Shown here: positions 26,991 through 37,083 of the stretch, in pieces | How positions within the stretch are numbered: the stretch's first letter is position 1 | How the letters are laid out: each line of letters begins with the position of its first letter | Assembly: GCA_031285625.1 (NCBI GenBank) | Contig: JAITVV010000009.1 | Location: 1 to 41,230 of the forward strand | Length of the DNA stretch: 41,230 bases | Direction of reading: 5' to 3' | Origin: Prevotella sp. | Lineage (GTDB): Bacteria > Bacteroidota > Bacteroidia > Bacteroidales > Dysgonomonadaceae | Made by a program: the position numbers and the translations under genes | The notes under the pieces: model-generated | What the model was told of the DNA's origin: nothing | The model's input: the letters and a program-made list of their open reading frames with translations, nothing else | Databases searched by the model: none

Positions 26991-28490
26991 TCAATCAAAA
27001 TAAAAATAGTTATGATAACTATGATAATCATGTCCGTTTATTGTTATGGAGTTAATATCATATGACTTATTTAAAGGATCCTCAATTATAACCTTTTTGT
27101 TACGAGGATATCGGACAACTATCTCAAACATTTCCATGCTCCATGGATCTGAATTACTATACCACCGGGGATTAACTGTAAGTAATGAGTCGGTCAGCAT
27201 ATAGTTTAATTTTAAAGATTCTGCCTTTCTTTTAGCGGCAATATCATTATCCGCAAAATGCTTCTTATGAATATCTACCATATAATTTGTCAAAGTAGTA
27301 TCTTCCTGCATTCTTACTATAGGCAGTAGACTTATCTCCCTCCCTTTTTCGCTCTTTCCCTTATAGATAAGGGCCGGATTATTAGGTTGATGTTCTGCAT
27401 CTAAATAGTCTTTTCCTATTCTTACAAATAAAGAATCTGAAGTATTATTTATTGAAAAAGATTCAACAACTTCTGCATGAGCCCTATGCGATCTTCCTGT
27501 TTTTACACCAATATTTCCAATATAGATTACTGAACCTAACCAAAATACTAAGCCAATAATAAGGCTGACCATAGTCTGGGTTGTGAAAGGAGAACGCCTT
27601 AATATTTTTATCATTAAAGCCAGTAATCCGATAAAAGGTAATAGAGATGCTATTACAATAGCTATTTTGAAATTAATGGAATTAAATCCGGTCAATATAA
27701 GATAATTATTCAGACCAAAAAGTTCTGTATCGAAGTGTAGCCATAAAAATGAAGCAATAATTCCTACTATAGCCATAAATAAGCCGATAGCAATAAGACC
27801 AACAATTACATTAATAAATACTGTAACTAAAGTACTTAATGCACTGCCTCTATATTTTTTAGAAGTCTGCATACGATCTTCAATATTCATTATTGAGGGA
27901 TCTGAACCTGTCATCGATATTTTTTGAGTAAATGTTTTGGCCGCAGGCATTACAATCCATAAAATGGTATATATCAACACGACAAACATGCAAGAAGGGG
28001 CTTTATAACCAACAGTGAACAGTAAAAGAAATATACCGGCAAATAGTAAACGAATGACTGTCGGATCAATTCTGAAATAATGGCTTAATCCGCTACAAAC
28101 TCCTCCAATAACTTTATTCTCAGTATCCCGATACAATCTTTTCTTAAAATAGCCTTGAGAATCATTCTCCATATTTGCACTATATCTTTTATCAGCTCTT
28201 CCATCCCCATTTATACCAGGTTCTATGGAATCATCAAAATCTTTGGGATTACCCATAACTTTTATTATCTCCTGAGCTTCAATTTCGGATACAACTCCAT
28301 CAGTAGAAGGAACTCTTACCTGCAGTAATTCACTCAATCGAGACTCAATATCTGATATGATTTCGTCCCCTTCCGGATTTGTAGCAAAATGCTTTCTTAA
28401 AGCCTGCAAATAGTTATTCAGTATGCGATAGGCATCCTCATCGAGATTAAATGCTAATCCCCCTATACTTACTCTAACAGTTGGTTTCAT
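26991..28490 (-). CDS. PspC-domain membrane protein (long form)
   Basis: DEDAYRILNNYL..EIISDIESRLSEL..MGNPKDF N-domain; RLYRDTENKVIGGVCSGLSHYF PspC motif; several TMs plus exported C-domain. Confidence 0.9.
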   Translation of the reverse strand: MKPTVRVSIGGLAFNLDEDAYRILNNYLQALRKHFATNPEGDEIISDIESRLSELLQVRVPSTDGVVSEIEAQEIIKVMGNPKDFDDSIEPGINGDGRADKRYSANMENDSQGYFKKRLYRDTENKVIGGVCSGLSHYFRIDPTVIRLLFAGIFLLLFTVGYKAPSCMFVVLIYTILWIVMPAAKTFTQKISMTGSDPSIMNIEDRMQTSKKYRGSALSTLVTVFINVIVGLIAIGLFMAIVGIIASFLWLHFDTELFGLNNYLILTGFNSINFKIAIVIASLLPFIGLLALMIKILRRSPFTTQTMVSLIIGLVFWLGSVIYIGNIGVKTGRSHRAHAEVVESFSINNTSDSLFVRIGKDYLDAEHQPNNPALIYKGKSEKGREISLLPIVRMQEDTTLTNYMVDIHKKHFADNDIAAKRKAESLKLNYMLTDSLLTVNPRWYSNSDPWSMEMFEIVVRYPRNKKVIIEDPLNKSYDINSITINGHDYHSYHNYFYFD

Positions 28491-28502
28491 CGCATTAGTA
28501 TT

Positions 28503-28844
28503 TTATTTGTTTCTTATATTATCTATTACCCTAACCAAATCTGACCATACCGCATCCAGTTCTTCCAATACGGCCTTTCCTTTTTCTGTGATAGCATAAT
28601 ACTTACGTGGAGGTCCTTGTGTTGACTCCTCCCAGCGATAACTCAGTAATCCCTGATTCTTCTGACGGGTTAATAGAGGATATAAAGTACCTTCTACTAC
28701 AATCATTTCCGAATCTTTCAATTCATTGATTATATTAGAGACATAAGCATCTTCCTTTGACAAAATGCTGAGGATACAATATTCTAGTATTCCTTTGCGC
28801 ATTTGGGCTTTTATATTGTCTACATTTATAGTTTCCATATTCAA
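28503..28844 (-). CDS. PadR-family transcriptional regulator
   Basis: QMRKGILEYCIL, EGTLYPLLTR, WEESTQGPPRKYY. Confidence 0.95.
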   Translation of the reverse strand: MNMETINVDNIKAQMRKGILEYCILSILSKEDAYVSNIINELKDSEMIVVEGTLYPLLTRQKNQGLLSYRWEESTQGPPRKYYAITEKGKAVLEELDAVWSDLVRVIDNIRNK

Positions 28845-28847
28845 TCT

Positions 28848-29420
28848 TTATTTGTGACGTGATGTAAATTTTCTAATATTCTCGGCTGTAGGAGCATAAC
28901 CTCTGACTTCTAATTTTTGAGCCACAGTCAATGCTCTAGGCATTACCAGCCAAAGAACAATATATACCAACAGAGCTGTTCCATACAGGAAAGTCATTAC
29001 TGCAAAAAGGATCCTGACAATGGTTACATCTATACCAAGATACAGAGCCAGTCCACTACAAACTCCTGCTACCATTTTTTCGTCCACATCTCTATACATT
29101 CTTTTATCGCCCTTTGTATAATCTTTATCATAATTATAATCAGATCCGGATTCCTGAGAAGAAGTGTTTACTTCTACCTCACCCAAATGATCAATTACTG
29201 TTTGTACCTGTTTCATATCTACTACTTGATTTGAGTATTTAAGTTCTTTTTGTAATATCTCTGCCACACGGGCCTCTACATCCTCCATCACTTCCCGAGC
29301 CTCTTGTTTGTCAGGAATAGTTTCTTCAAAACGTCTCAGATATTCTTTCAGTCTGAAATATGCATCATCTTCCACTGTGAAATTGATACCTCCTATACTT
29401 ACTTCTATAACCTTTTTCAT
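28848..29420 (-). CDS. PspC-domain protein (short form)
   Basis: MKKVIEVSIGGINFTVEDDAY; RMYRDVDEKMVAGVCSGLA; ATG 29420 chosen by homology to paralog start and promoter position. Confidence 0.9.
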   Translation of the reverse strand: MKKVIEVSIGGINFTVEDDAYFRLKEYLRRFEETIPDKQEAREVMEDVEARVAEILQKELKYSNQVVDMKQVQTVIDHLGEVEVNTSSQESGSDYNYDKDYTKGDKRMYRDVDEKMVAGVCSGLALYLGIDVTIVRILFAVMTFLYGTALLVYIVLWLVMPRALTVAQKLEVRGYAPTAENIRKFTSRHK

Positions 29421-29482
29421 ATTTTCGATTTCTTTAAACAATTCATAACCTATTATTATCCTATACCATGTTGTTTGTATTG

Positions 29483-29525
29483 CAAATATATAAATAAATA
29501 TTAGTACTGTGCAATACATAGTACT
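29483..29525 (-). promoter_or_regulatory. -7 element plus candidate PadR operator
   Basis: TATATTTG (29483-29490, minus); inverted repeat agtactgtg-caata-catagtact (29503-29525). Confidence 0.6.
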
Positions 29526-29769
29526 GTATTGTAAAGCGAGTTTTTTATTTAAGTAATTGTTTATTAGATAGTTGATACTTATTTTTATTTCTATATTTAA
29601 CTTTAATTAACCATTTTGATTGAAGATACTTAATAATTATGTGCGAAAAATGTGATGGAGATAAGACGATAATCTTTATAAATTGAAAAAAATAAAAAGT
29701 AATTTCGCAAGATTAGACAAAAAGAAAATGAGGAAACAATCATATATTTGTTTACTAATATCTTCTAAT

Positions 29770-30915
29770 ATGAAACCGGAGAATACTATAATAGATAAAA
29801 TAGTTTGTCAAAGTTGCGGTATGCCTATGATGGCTGTTGAACATTTTGGTACTAATAATGATAAGAGCCAAAATAAGGAATATTGTTGCTTTTGTTTTCA
29901 GAATGGTGAGTATACGGACAATTTCAATTTTGAGGAATTTCTTGATGATTCTTTGAAATTCTATGAGGAAGATAAGGCTGGTGAATATACTCTCTCTAAA
30001 GATGAGGTTAATCTTAAGGCTAGAATCAAATTGTCTGAATTGAGACGTTGGCATTCTCATCAGAAAACACACTTAGAGTATTATAAATCAATAAACAAGG
30101 TTATCGATTATATAAACAATAATTTATCTACAAATCTAAATTTATCAGACTTAGCAAATGTGGCTAACATTTCAGACTTTCACTTCCACAGAATATTCAA
30201 AGCTGTACTGAATGAGAGCCCCGGCGATTATATACAACGTTTACGATTAGAAAAAGCAGCCTTTAAGCTGCAAACAACAAAACTATCATTAGAAACTATT
30301 GCTGAATACATTGGGTATCAAAGTTCTCAGGCATTATCTAAAGCTTTTAAGAAACGATATAATATCACTCCGTCTATGTACCGTAAGCGCCCTGATGACC
30401 TGACGGCGCCTATTGAGCAACCAATAGAAGACCTTTATCTCAAACCTGAAATAAGAGAGATAGGAGCAAGGGATGTTCTATATCTGCAGATTACAGATCC
30501 ATATACAACTGCTGATGCATTTCTCAATACATGGGATAAACTGGCTAATCTTATTGGTATAGATATTAATCCAAATGATGAATATGAGTTCTATTGCATG
30601 AGCAGAGATATCTCAACAATCACACATCCTGAAAATTATCGTGTGTATGCTTGTGTAGGTACAAATAAAGATATCAAACCACAGGGTAAGCTTGGAAAAC
30701 AAACAATAGAAGGTGGGCTGTACGCTGTTTTTATTCATAAAGGACCATATAAAGAACTGAGAACAACATATTGTAACATCTACCGTTATTGGATACCTAA
30801 GAGTGACTATGAACTAAGAGATAATATTTCATTTGAAAAATATCTGAATAGCCCGCTTGTAGTTGGTAACGATGAATTGTTGACCGAAGTCTATATACCT
30901 GTCAGAAAGATTTGA
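29770..30915 (+). CDS. AraC-family regulator with N-terminal zinc ribbon and C-terminal GyrI-like domain
   Basis: CQSCGMP..YCCFC; SDFHFHRIFK..RLRLEKA..IGY..AFKKRYNITP; GGLYAVFIHKGPY..FEKY..TEVYIPV; start uncertain (ORF open from 29683). Confidence 0.88.
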   Translation: MKPENTIIDKIVCQSCGMPMMAVEHFGTNNDKSQNKEYCCFCFQNGEYTDNFNFEEFLDDSLKFYEEDKAGEYTLSKDEVNLKARIKLSELRRWHSHQKTHLEYYKSINKVIDYINNNLSTNLNLSDLANVANISDFHFHRIFKAVLNESPGDYIQRLRLEKAAFKLQTTKLSLETIAEYIGYQSSQALSKAFKKRYNITPSMYRKRPDDLTAPIEQPIEDLYLKPEIREIGARDVLYLQITDPYTTADAFLNTWDKLANLIGIDINPNDEYEFYCMSRDISTITHPENYRVYACVGTNKDIKPQGKLGKQTIEGGLYAVFIHKGPYKELRTTYCNIYRYWIPKSDYELRDNISFEKYLNSPLVVGNDELLTEVYIPVRKI

Positions 30916-30921
30916 AATGTC

Positions 30922-32226
30922 CTATGTATATTTTCTGGGATACCTGAATATAATGGAAGCTATAGCTGCAAACCCTATCAGGAACGGATAGTACAAAAAT
31001 GGAACTATCCCCATAGGATTTACCTTTGCCAGGCCTGCTGCGATAAGTAATTGAGCTCCATAAGGTATAAGTCCCTGTACAAAACAGGAAAATGTATCCA
31101 GTAAACTAGCCACCCTACGGCCGTCAAGATTAAATTTATCACTAATATTCTTAGCTATAGGGCCGCTTATAATCAAGGCAATCGTATTATTGGCAGTGCA
31201 TAGATTTGTGAAAGATACCAAGCCGGCAATTGAAAATTCAGCTGAACGTTTTGACCTTATATTGCGGGTCATCTTTTCTATCAACCAATCGATACCACCA
31301 TTGAAACGGATCAATTCGAACATGCCGCCAGCCATCAATGAGACGATAATAAGTTCTCCCATATCAACAACAATCCCATTGCTCATAGCTTTGGTCCAGT
31401 CCCATATACCAAAACCACCTGTGAAAAGACCTATTATACCTGATAAAATAATTCCAAGAGCTAAGACGGCCATCACATTCACTCCGGCTAAAGCAACAAC
31501 CAATACAGCCATGTATGGAACAACTTTGAGCCATTCTACCTGATCTGCTGTAATATGAGTTCCTCCAGTCAATTCCAATCCCTGATAAATATAAATACCT
31601 AACACTATAAGCACTACTGGGAAAACAATACGTATATTCACCTTAAACTTGTCCTGCATTTTGCATCCTTGTGTACGCGTGGCTACAATAGTTGTATCTG
31701 ATATGAAGGAAAGATTATCACCAAACATTGCACCTCCCACTACAATACCTAGCATCAGGGGAAGGTCAATTCCCGCTTGCGACGATACTCCTACCGCGAT
31801 GGGGGCAAGGGCGGCAATGGTTCCGGTGGAAGTACCCATCGACATGGATATAAAGCATGCAGCGATAAATATACTCGCAAGAATTGTCTTTTGTGGCAAT
31901 AAGAATAACATCATATTTACTGTGGCATCAACAGCTCCCATTGCTTTGGCCGTTCCAGCAAAAGCACCTGCCAGGATAAATATAACTACCATCAGCATGA
32001 TAGTCTCATTGGCAGCGCCCCGGCAAAATTGTGTAACCCTATTCGAGAATTTACCTCCTTTTGAATATAGAATAGCAACAAATGACGCTGTCATAAATGC
32101 TACGGAAATAGGCATCTGGTACAGATCTCCTGTAAATATAAACGTTAGAAAATAAAGCAGGAAGAAAACCGCTAAAGGCATTAATGCCCAGCCTTTAGAA
32201 TGATACCATTTTTTATACCGACTCAT
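30922..32226 (-). CDS. Na+/H+ antiporter NhaC-family transporter
   Basis: SMGTSTGTI, GGAMFGDNLSFISDTTIVATRTQG, TANNTIA, QGLIPYGAQ; ATG 32226 follows TACCTTTG (32254-32261, minus). Confidence 0.88.
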   Translation of the reverse strand: MSRYKKWYHSKGWALMPLAVFFLLYFLTFIFTGDLYQMPISVAFMTASFVAILYSKGGKFSNRVTQFCRGAANETIMLMVVIFILAGAFAGTAKAMGAVDATVNMMLFLLPQKTILASIFIAACFISMSMGTSTGTIAALAPIAVGVSSQAGIDLPLMLGIVVGGAMFGDNLSFISDTTIVATRTQGCKMQDKFKVNIRIVFPVVLIVLGIYIYQGLELTGGTHITADQVEWLKVVPYMAVLVVALAGVNVMAVLALGIILSGIIGLFTGGFGIWDWTKAMSNGIVVDMGELIIVSLMAGGMFELIRFNGGIDWLIEKMTRNIRSKRSAEFSIAGLVSFTNLCTANNTIALIISGPIAKNISDKFNLDGRRVASLLDTFSCFVQGLIPYGAQLLIAAGLAKVNPMGIVPFLYYPFLIGFAAIASIIFRYPRKYT

Positions 32227-32329
32227 TATTGACCATAAATTGATAACCGCGTACAAAGGTAAAAATAATCTATAGAATGTCATCACGGGGATCTTTCAGA
32301 ATTAGATAGATATTTTATTTATAAAAATG

Positions 32330-32465
32330 TAACATCACTATTCTTTTTTCGTTATTAAATTATATATGGTATGAAATTGTTTTTTAATAAATAATTACAG
32401 TATCACTTTTTATATAAACACTACAGAAGAACACTCGTCTGAGACAGATGGGTGTTCTTGTTTTT
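32330..32465 (+). ncRNA. candidate small RNA with ECF-type promoter and terminator
   Basis: TAAC-N16-CGTT (32330-32353), about 105 nt without a substantial ORF, 15-bp hairpin with two G-U pairs plus U-run (32427-32465). Confidence 0.45.
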
Positions 32466-32545
32466 ATATACTAAATCTATCAAGTCGGTACTCATGATTA
32501 ATTTTTTTATATCTTTGCTGCATCTATTCATAAAGGATAAATACA

Positions 32546-33487
32546 ATGACACAACAACCCTTGCTCAGGACGCAATATGTAGTTTGCATATTCATCCTCT
32601 CGTTTTTATTTGTTTCATGTGGGTTATTTGATAAAGAACTTAGACAAGATCAACATATTGCTGCTTTTAGGCATCAGATAGGTCGTGTGGCTGATAGTCT
32701 GGATACTCCTGCCGAAAGAATAAAAGCGCTGAAAACAATTATAAAGAACATCGGGGAAGATAATGATCTTATTACTTTACGAAAAAAAAATAAGTTGTTG
32801 ATAGAAGGAAATTATTCTCTTAGCAATGAGTATTTTAATGTGGGTAATTATGCAAAAGCTATAGAATATACTAATGTTGCTATAAAGCTAGACTCCACAG
32901 ATGCCAGTGGATATTTTAATCGGGGAAGTTTATACCAGTCTATGGCAGAAGATAGTCTTGCATTAGTTGATTATACCCAAGCTATTAGCTTGAATAATAA
33001 TTATGCCGATGCATATTATAATCGAGGCATAATATATGAAAAGTCATGTGACTATAAGCAGGCCTTATCTGACTATAACAAAGCAATTAAAGAACAACCG
33101 GCAAATATAGCCGATATTTATAATAACAGAGGAAATATATATTTAGCCTTGAAAGATACAAGTAAAGCACTGAATGATTACTCCAGGGTTTTGGATATAG
33201 ATACTACAAATATCAATGCTTATACTAACAGGATCAGTTTATATATAAAACAAAAGGAACTAAATAAGGCTTTGATAGACTGTAATAAAGCATTGGATAT
33301 TGATTCTACATATGTAAGGCTATATCATCAAAGAGCAACTATATACGAACAAAAGAAAATGTATGATCTGGCTATCGATGATTATGAAAAGGTGCTGGAG
33401 TTAGACTCACATGATTATTACAAGACTAAAAGGAAGACATCTGAAACCATAAAAAAATTACGGACATTGGTAAAGAAAGCCCGGTAA
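32546..33487 (+). CDS. TPR-repeat lipoprotein
   Basis: Lipobox FVSC; repeats GYFNRG, AYYNRG, IYNNRG, AYTNR, LYHQRA; TATCTTTG at 32510-32517. Confidence 0.9.
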   Translation: MTQQPLLRTQYVVCIFILSFLFVSCGLFDKELRQDQHIAAFRHQIGRVADSLDTPAERIKALKTIIKNIGEDNDLITLRKKNKLLIEGNYSLSNEYFNVGNYAKAIEYTNVAIKLDSTDASGYFNRGSLYQSMAEDSLALVDYTQAISLNNNYADAYYNRGIIYEKSCDYKQALSDYNKAIKEQPANIADIYNNRGNIYLALKDTSKALNDYSRVLDIDTTNINAYTNRISLYIKQKELNKALIDCNKALDIDSTYVRLYHQRATIYEQKKMYDLAIDDYEKVLELDSHDYYKTKRKTSETIKKLRTLVKKAR

Positions 33488-33495
33488 TTCCTTAA

Positions 33496-34077
33496 TTATT
33501 TATAACAATAATGCCCTGTTATGGTGTAGCTGAACAGGCAGTCCTGCAATACTTGCCCCTGGCCTATATTGTGTACAATTAAAGGTCTTTTTTTGTCAGA
33601 AGACATGAGGCCGGTCACTATTCCAACATGAGTGATTCCACCACCCAGATCCCATGTGACGATATCGCCGGGAAGGTATTCTTCCCCTTTGTTTGAGATC
33701 TTCTTTACTGTTCCAAAACGCGAAAAGAAAGTAGCCTGATTAGGTACCCTGCGATGATCTATATTCTTATCGGTGGATTTCATTCCCCATTTTTTCGGGT
33801 ATTTGCTGAAGTTGGCTCTCATGTCTTCGTGTATTTTCTTCTGCAAATCTATTCCCAATTTTCTGTAAGCTCTGATAATTACATCTGTACATACGCCCTT
33901 GTCAGCAGGTACATCTCCGTTAGGATATGATATGGAATAATACCGGGGATCATAAGTTACTTTATCTTTAGTCAATTCAATTGCTGCTGCAGATAGCCTT
34001 TTATAAAAGTCTGCTTCCTGTGCCAGGATTGTAATAGTTGGGAAAAGGAGTAAAAATATAGTTAGGGCTTTCTTCAT
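33496..34077 (-). CDS. DUF1287 (YijF-like) secreted protein
   Basis: YDPRY..YPNGDVP..GVCTDVIIRAYR, DKNIDHRRVPN, PGDIVTW..HVGIV, HNIG. Confidence 0.88.
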   Translation of the reverse strand: MKKALTIFLLLFPTITILAQEADFYKRLSAAAIELTKDKVTYDPRYYSISYPNGDVPADKGVCTDVIIRAYRKLGIDLQKKIHEDMRANFSKYPKKWGMKSTDKNIDHRRVPNQATFFSRFGTVKKISNKGEEYLPGDIVTWDLGGGITHVGIVTGLMSSDKKRPLIVHNIGQGQVLQDCLFSYTITGHYCYK

Positions 34078-34104
34078 TTTTATATATTCTAGTGTAGTTT
34101 AAAT

Positions 34105-35091
34105 TCAGTTATTGTATACATCCATGTTTTCTAATCCTGCTAAAAAAGTATGAACTGCTGTGACCCATTTTTTCTTGTCTTTATTTAAATATGACTCATG
34201 ATCCGAATTAGGGAGTAATACCAGTTGCTTGTCTTCACTGGCTAATTGGTCAAATATTAGTTGAGTTTCATCTGGCGGAATGTATTTGTCGTTTTGTCCA
34301 CACATAAGTAATACCGGCACATGTATCTTTTGGGCATATTCCTGAGGGTTGCAATCAAAACCATTGAATCCATTGATAGCTCCTATCCAAAATGTGAATA
34401 ATGAGGATGCCGGCCAATGGGGTATGTTCAGCATGTCGAGTCGCTTATTTATAGTCCCTTGAAATGTGCCATAAGAGGCTTCCACAATCAGACCCTTTAA
34501 TACCATATTATAATCGTGCTGCGCTTTTAATATTGCCGCGCCTCCCATCGAAAATCCTAGTAATATTATTTTATCTTCTTTCAGCTCATTTATTGCATAA
34601 TCGTATGCTGATTTTACATTCTCCGATTCCAATGAACCTATTGTTGTCTGAACACCGTACGAACTACCGGCACCCATAAAGTCGACAAGTAAAACATCAT
34701 AGCCCATTTTAAGTAATAGTGCCGCCTCCCTTCGCATTGAAGATTTTTCTTCCATGTATCCGTGGAAAGCGATGACCAGTCCTTGCTTAATAGTATCTGT
34801 ATGCAAAAGCCAGGCTCCTAACTGCTCATCATTACCAGCTGGAATAAAGTGATTTTCATATGGTGTTTGGGGGTATCCTTTTACTTTAGGCCTACTTATT
34901 TTTGCTCCGAATACAGCTATTTCAACCGATTCAACAAAGTTTGGCTCATAACCAAGTCTTAAGGGATTCTTCGTTTCGGCAAAATGAGTAAGGCTATAAG
35001 CTTGTATAATAATTACAATGTTTATCAGGATAAATATTGTAATTATTGTACCAAGAGTTATTTTTAATAACTTCTTTCGTTTTTTTGTCAT
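34105..35091 (-). CDS. membrane-anchored alpha/beta hydrolase
   Basis: N-terminal TM; FHGY, GFSMG nucleophile elbow, D and H near C-terminus. Confidence 0.88.
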   Translation of the reverse strand: MTKKRKKLLKITLGTIITIFILINIVIIIQAYSLTHFAETKNPLRLGYEPNFVESVEIAVFGAKISRPKVKGYPQTPYENHFIPAGNDEQLGAWLLHTDTIKQGLVIAFHGYMEEKSSMRREAALLLKMGYDVLLVDFMGAGSSYGVQTTIGSLESENVKSAYDYAINELKEDKIILLGFSMGGAAILKAQHDYNMVLKGLIVEASYGTFQGTINKRLDMLNIPHWPASSLFTFWIGAINGFNGFDCNPQEYAQKIHVPVLLMCGQNDKYIPPDETQLIFDQLASEDKQLVLLPNSDHESYLNKDKKKWVTAVHTFLAGLENMDVYNN

Positions 35092-35127
35092 TTATCAGTA
35101 GGTCGTAGTTTTGTTGAATATAAAATT

Positions 35128-35886
35128 CTATTTGTAGAATACCGGAGCAAAATATGGTCTGTTTTCCCATTTTCCATTAAATGGATTAATTTCGCGCATA
35201 ATTCCTCCTTCGATACCGAACTTCTCAGTGATCTTTAGCTCTAATGTGCCTCCATAATATGTTTGGGGATACATGCCAGACATATATGAGCCTATATCAC
35301 GATGTTTGCTATGTGGAGAATATTGTCCGTATGCATTGATGCGTATACGGTCATTCAATATAAATTTGGCAGAACCGCCTACACCTGCGTCATTATATTG
35401 ATTTCCATAGAGTGCATATTTTGCAGCATAAGGACCACCTGATATAATAAGCCAGTCGGCAGGCTGGTAATTAAACTGCATGTTTACTGTTCTGGCTGCT
35501 CCAACTATTGGATAAGTAGCCTGACTGGACGAAGACGAAATCCAGGCTCTTTCTGAAATGGCCATTCCTGAATAATATCTGTAATCGTTGGCAAACGGGT
35601 ATTTTGTAGCTGTATTGCTTTCAACCGGAGGACCGAGATATACGTTTAAAGGAGGCATGTTTAGATCAACTGATTTTGCGTCCTCTTTTTGAAGAGGTTG
35701 GTAGAGATCATATTTACTAGAAGCAGTTTTGTTATTTGAAACATCAATGTTCAAATAATTTTCCAGCTTCTCATCTAACTTTAGCGTACCTTTTTTTAGG
35801 GCAGGGAGGCTATCTTTTGGCGTTTCAGTTTGGCTATAGGCCATCGTTGAAACTGCAAACAGTAATATAAAGACTAGATTTTTCAT
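35128..35886 (-). CDS. secreted hypothetical protein, possibly outer-membrane beta-rich
   Basis: Signal peptide (MKNLVFILLFAVSTMAYS-Q); alternating aromatic/Gly beta-strand pattern in C-terminal half. Confidence 0.7.
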   Translation of the reverse strand: MKNLVFILLFAVSTMAYSQTETPKDSLPALKKGTLKLDEKLENYLNIDVSNNKTASSKYDLYQPLQKEDAKSVDLNMPPLNVYLGPPVESNTATKYPFANDYRYYSGMAISERAWISSSSSQATYPIVGAARTVNMQFNYQPADWLIISGGPYAAKYALYGNQYNDAGVGGSAKFILNDRIRINAYGQYSPHSKHRDIGSYMSGMYPQTYYGGTLELKITEKFGIEGGIMREINPFNGKWENRPYFAPVFYK

Positions 35887-36009
35887 GATTTCCCGTTTTT
35901 AATTACTACAACTGTAAAGCTACTAAAATATTATTAAAAAAGGTATTTATTCAGCAGAAAAATAAACCATATTTTAAGTTTTATATCAGAAAATATTAGT
36001 GTTGCCAGA

Positions 36010-36124
36010 AAGTAAAAAAGGTGACAAAAGTAACAGTTTTTACAACTTTTTTAATTGTAACTTTTTCATGCCTGAAATTATTAAGCTCTTTATATATAGA
36101 TAAATCTGAATTAAAATTATTCTC
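36010..36124 (+). repeat. dispersed ~115-bp intergenic element, copy B
   Basis: Aligns with reverse complement of 6881-6996. Confidence 0.75.
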
Positions 36125-36303
36125 TGTGATCTTATGGTTTTATTTATGTAATATCTATTAATATATTTATAGATTTGTATGATTTTTCTTATTTTGTAAA
36201 TATATATGTATCCGCTATCTTTGTATTGTAAAAAGAAAACAAATAAGCAGTATTAACTGTTAAACAAGAACTATTACAAAATATAGAGGAAAGGATATTT
36301 TTT

Positions 36304-37026
36304 ATGAAAACAACATTAATTCGTGCATCATCAAGAGGACATGCATACCATGGATGGTTGGATACTCATCATACATTTAGTTTTGCAAACTATTACGATC
36401 CGAATCGTATACATTTTGGAGCATTAAGGGTAATAAATGATGATATAGTACTTGGAGGTGAAGGCTTTGGCACTCACCCACATGATAATATGGAGATTAT
36501 TTCCATACCATTGTATGGAGATCTGGAACATAAAGACAGTATGGGACATACTGAAGTTATCAGAGCCGGTGAGGTTCAGGTAATGAGTGCCGGTACAGGA
36601 ATAACTCATAGTGAGTACAATTCTAACGAGGATAAGCCTGTCAATTTCTTCCAGATATGGGTCTTTCCTGATCAGAAAGATGTTGAGCCACGTTACGACC
36701 AACGGGGATTTGATTTCTTACACAACAAGAACCAACTTATTCAGATTGTTGGACCTAAGGATGATCCTTCGAATACTGCATTATGGATACATCAGGATGC
36801 ATGGTTTAGTGCCGGTACCTTTGATAAAGGGCAGGAAATCACTTATCAGATAAAAAAGAAAGGAAATGGTGTATTTGCTATGGTTGTTGAAGGAGGATTT
36901 ACAATTGAAGGTCAAAAATTACATCATAGAGACGGATTGGGTATATGGGATGCAGATAGTATAAAAATAACTGCTGATTCTGAAAATGCTCGTATCTTAT
37001 TGATGGATGTACCAATGGAATTTTAA
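36304..37026 (+). CDS. pirin-family protein
   Basis: HTFSFANYYDP, FGALRVINDD, GFGTHPHDNMEI, HKDSMG, MSAGTGITHSE; TATCTTTG at 36216-36223. Confidence 0.95.
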   Translation: MKTTLIRASSRGHAYHGWLDTHHTFSFANYYDPNRIHFGALRVINDDIVLGGEGFGTHPHDNMEIISIPLYGDLEHKDSMGHTEVIRAGEVQVMSAGTGITHSEYNSNEDKPVNFFQIWVFPDQKDVEPRYDQRGFDFLHNKNQLIQIVGPKDDPSNTALWIHQDAWFSAGTFDKGQEITYQIKKKGNGVFAMVVEGGFTIEGQKLHHRDGLGIWDADSIKITADSENARILLMDVPMEF

Positions 37027-37053
37027 ATAACAAATAGATAAGAGTCAGGAGAG

Positions 37054-37083
37054 AATCCGGAGCATACTGCTTCGGATTTTTTT
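37054..37083 (+). terminator. intrinsic terminator after pirin
   Basis: aatccggagca-tac-tgcttcggatt then U-run. Confidence 0.8.

Noticed and set aside
31190-32155. Plus-strand ORFs of 117 and 168 aa
   Set aside because: Shadows of the NhaC-family gene
32226-32330. Riboswitch upstream of the NhaC-family transporter
   Set aside because: The -7 element is under 30 nt from the likely ATG, and I see no SAM, lysine or TPP aptamer motifs
32850-33400. Periodic sequence similarity in the 32546 ORF
   Set aside because: Explained by ordinary 34-aa TPR repeats
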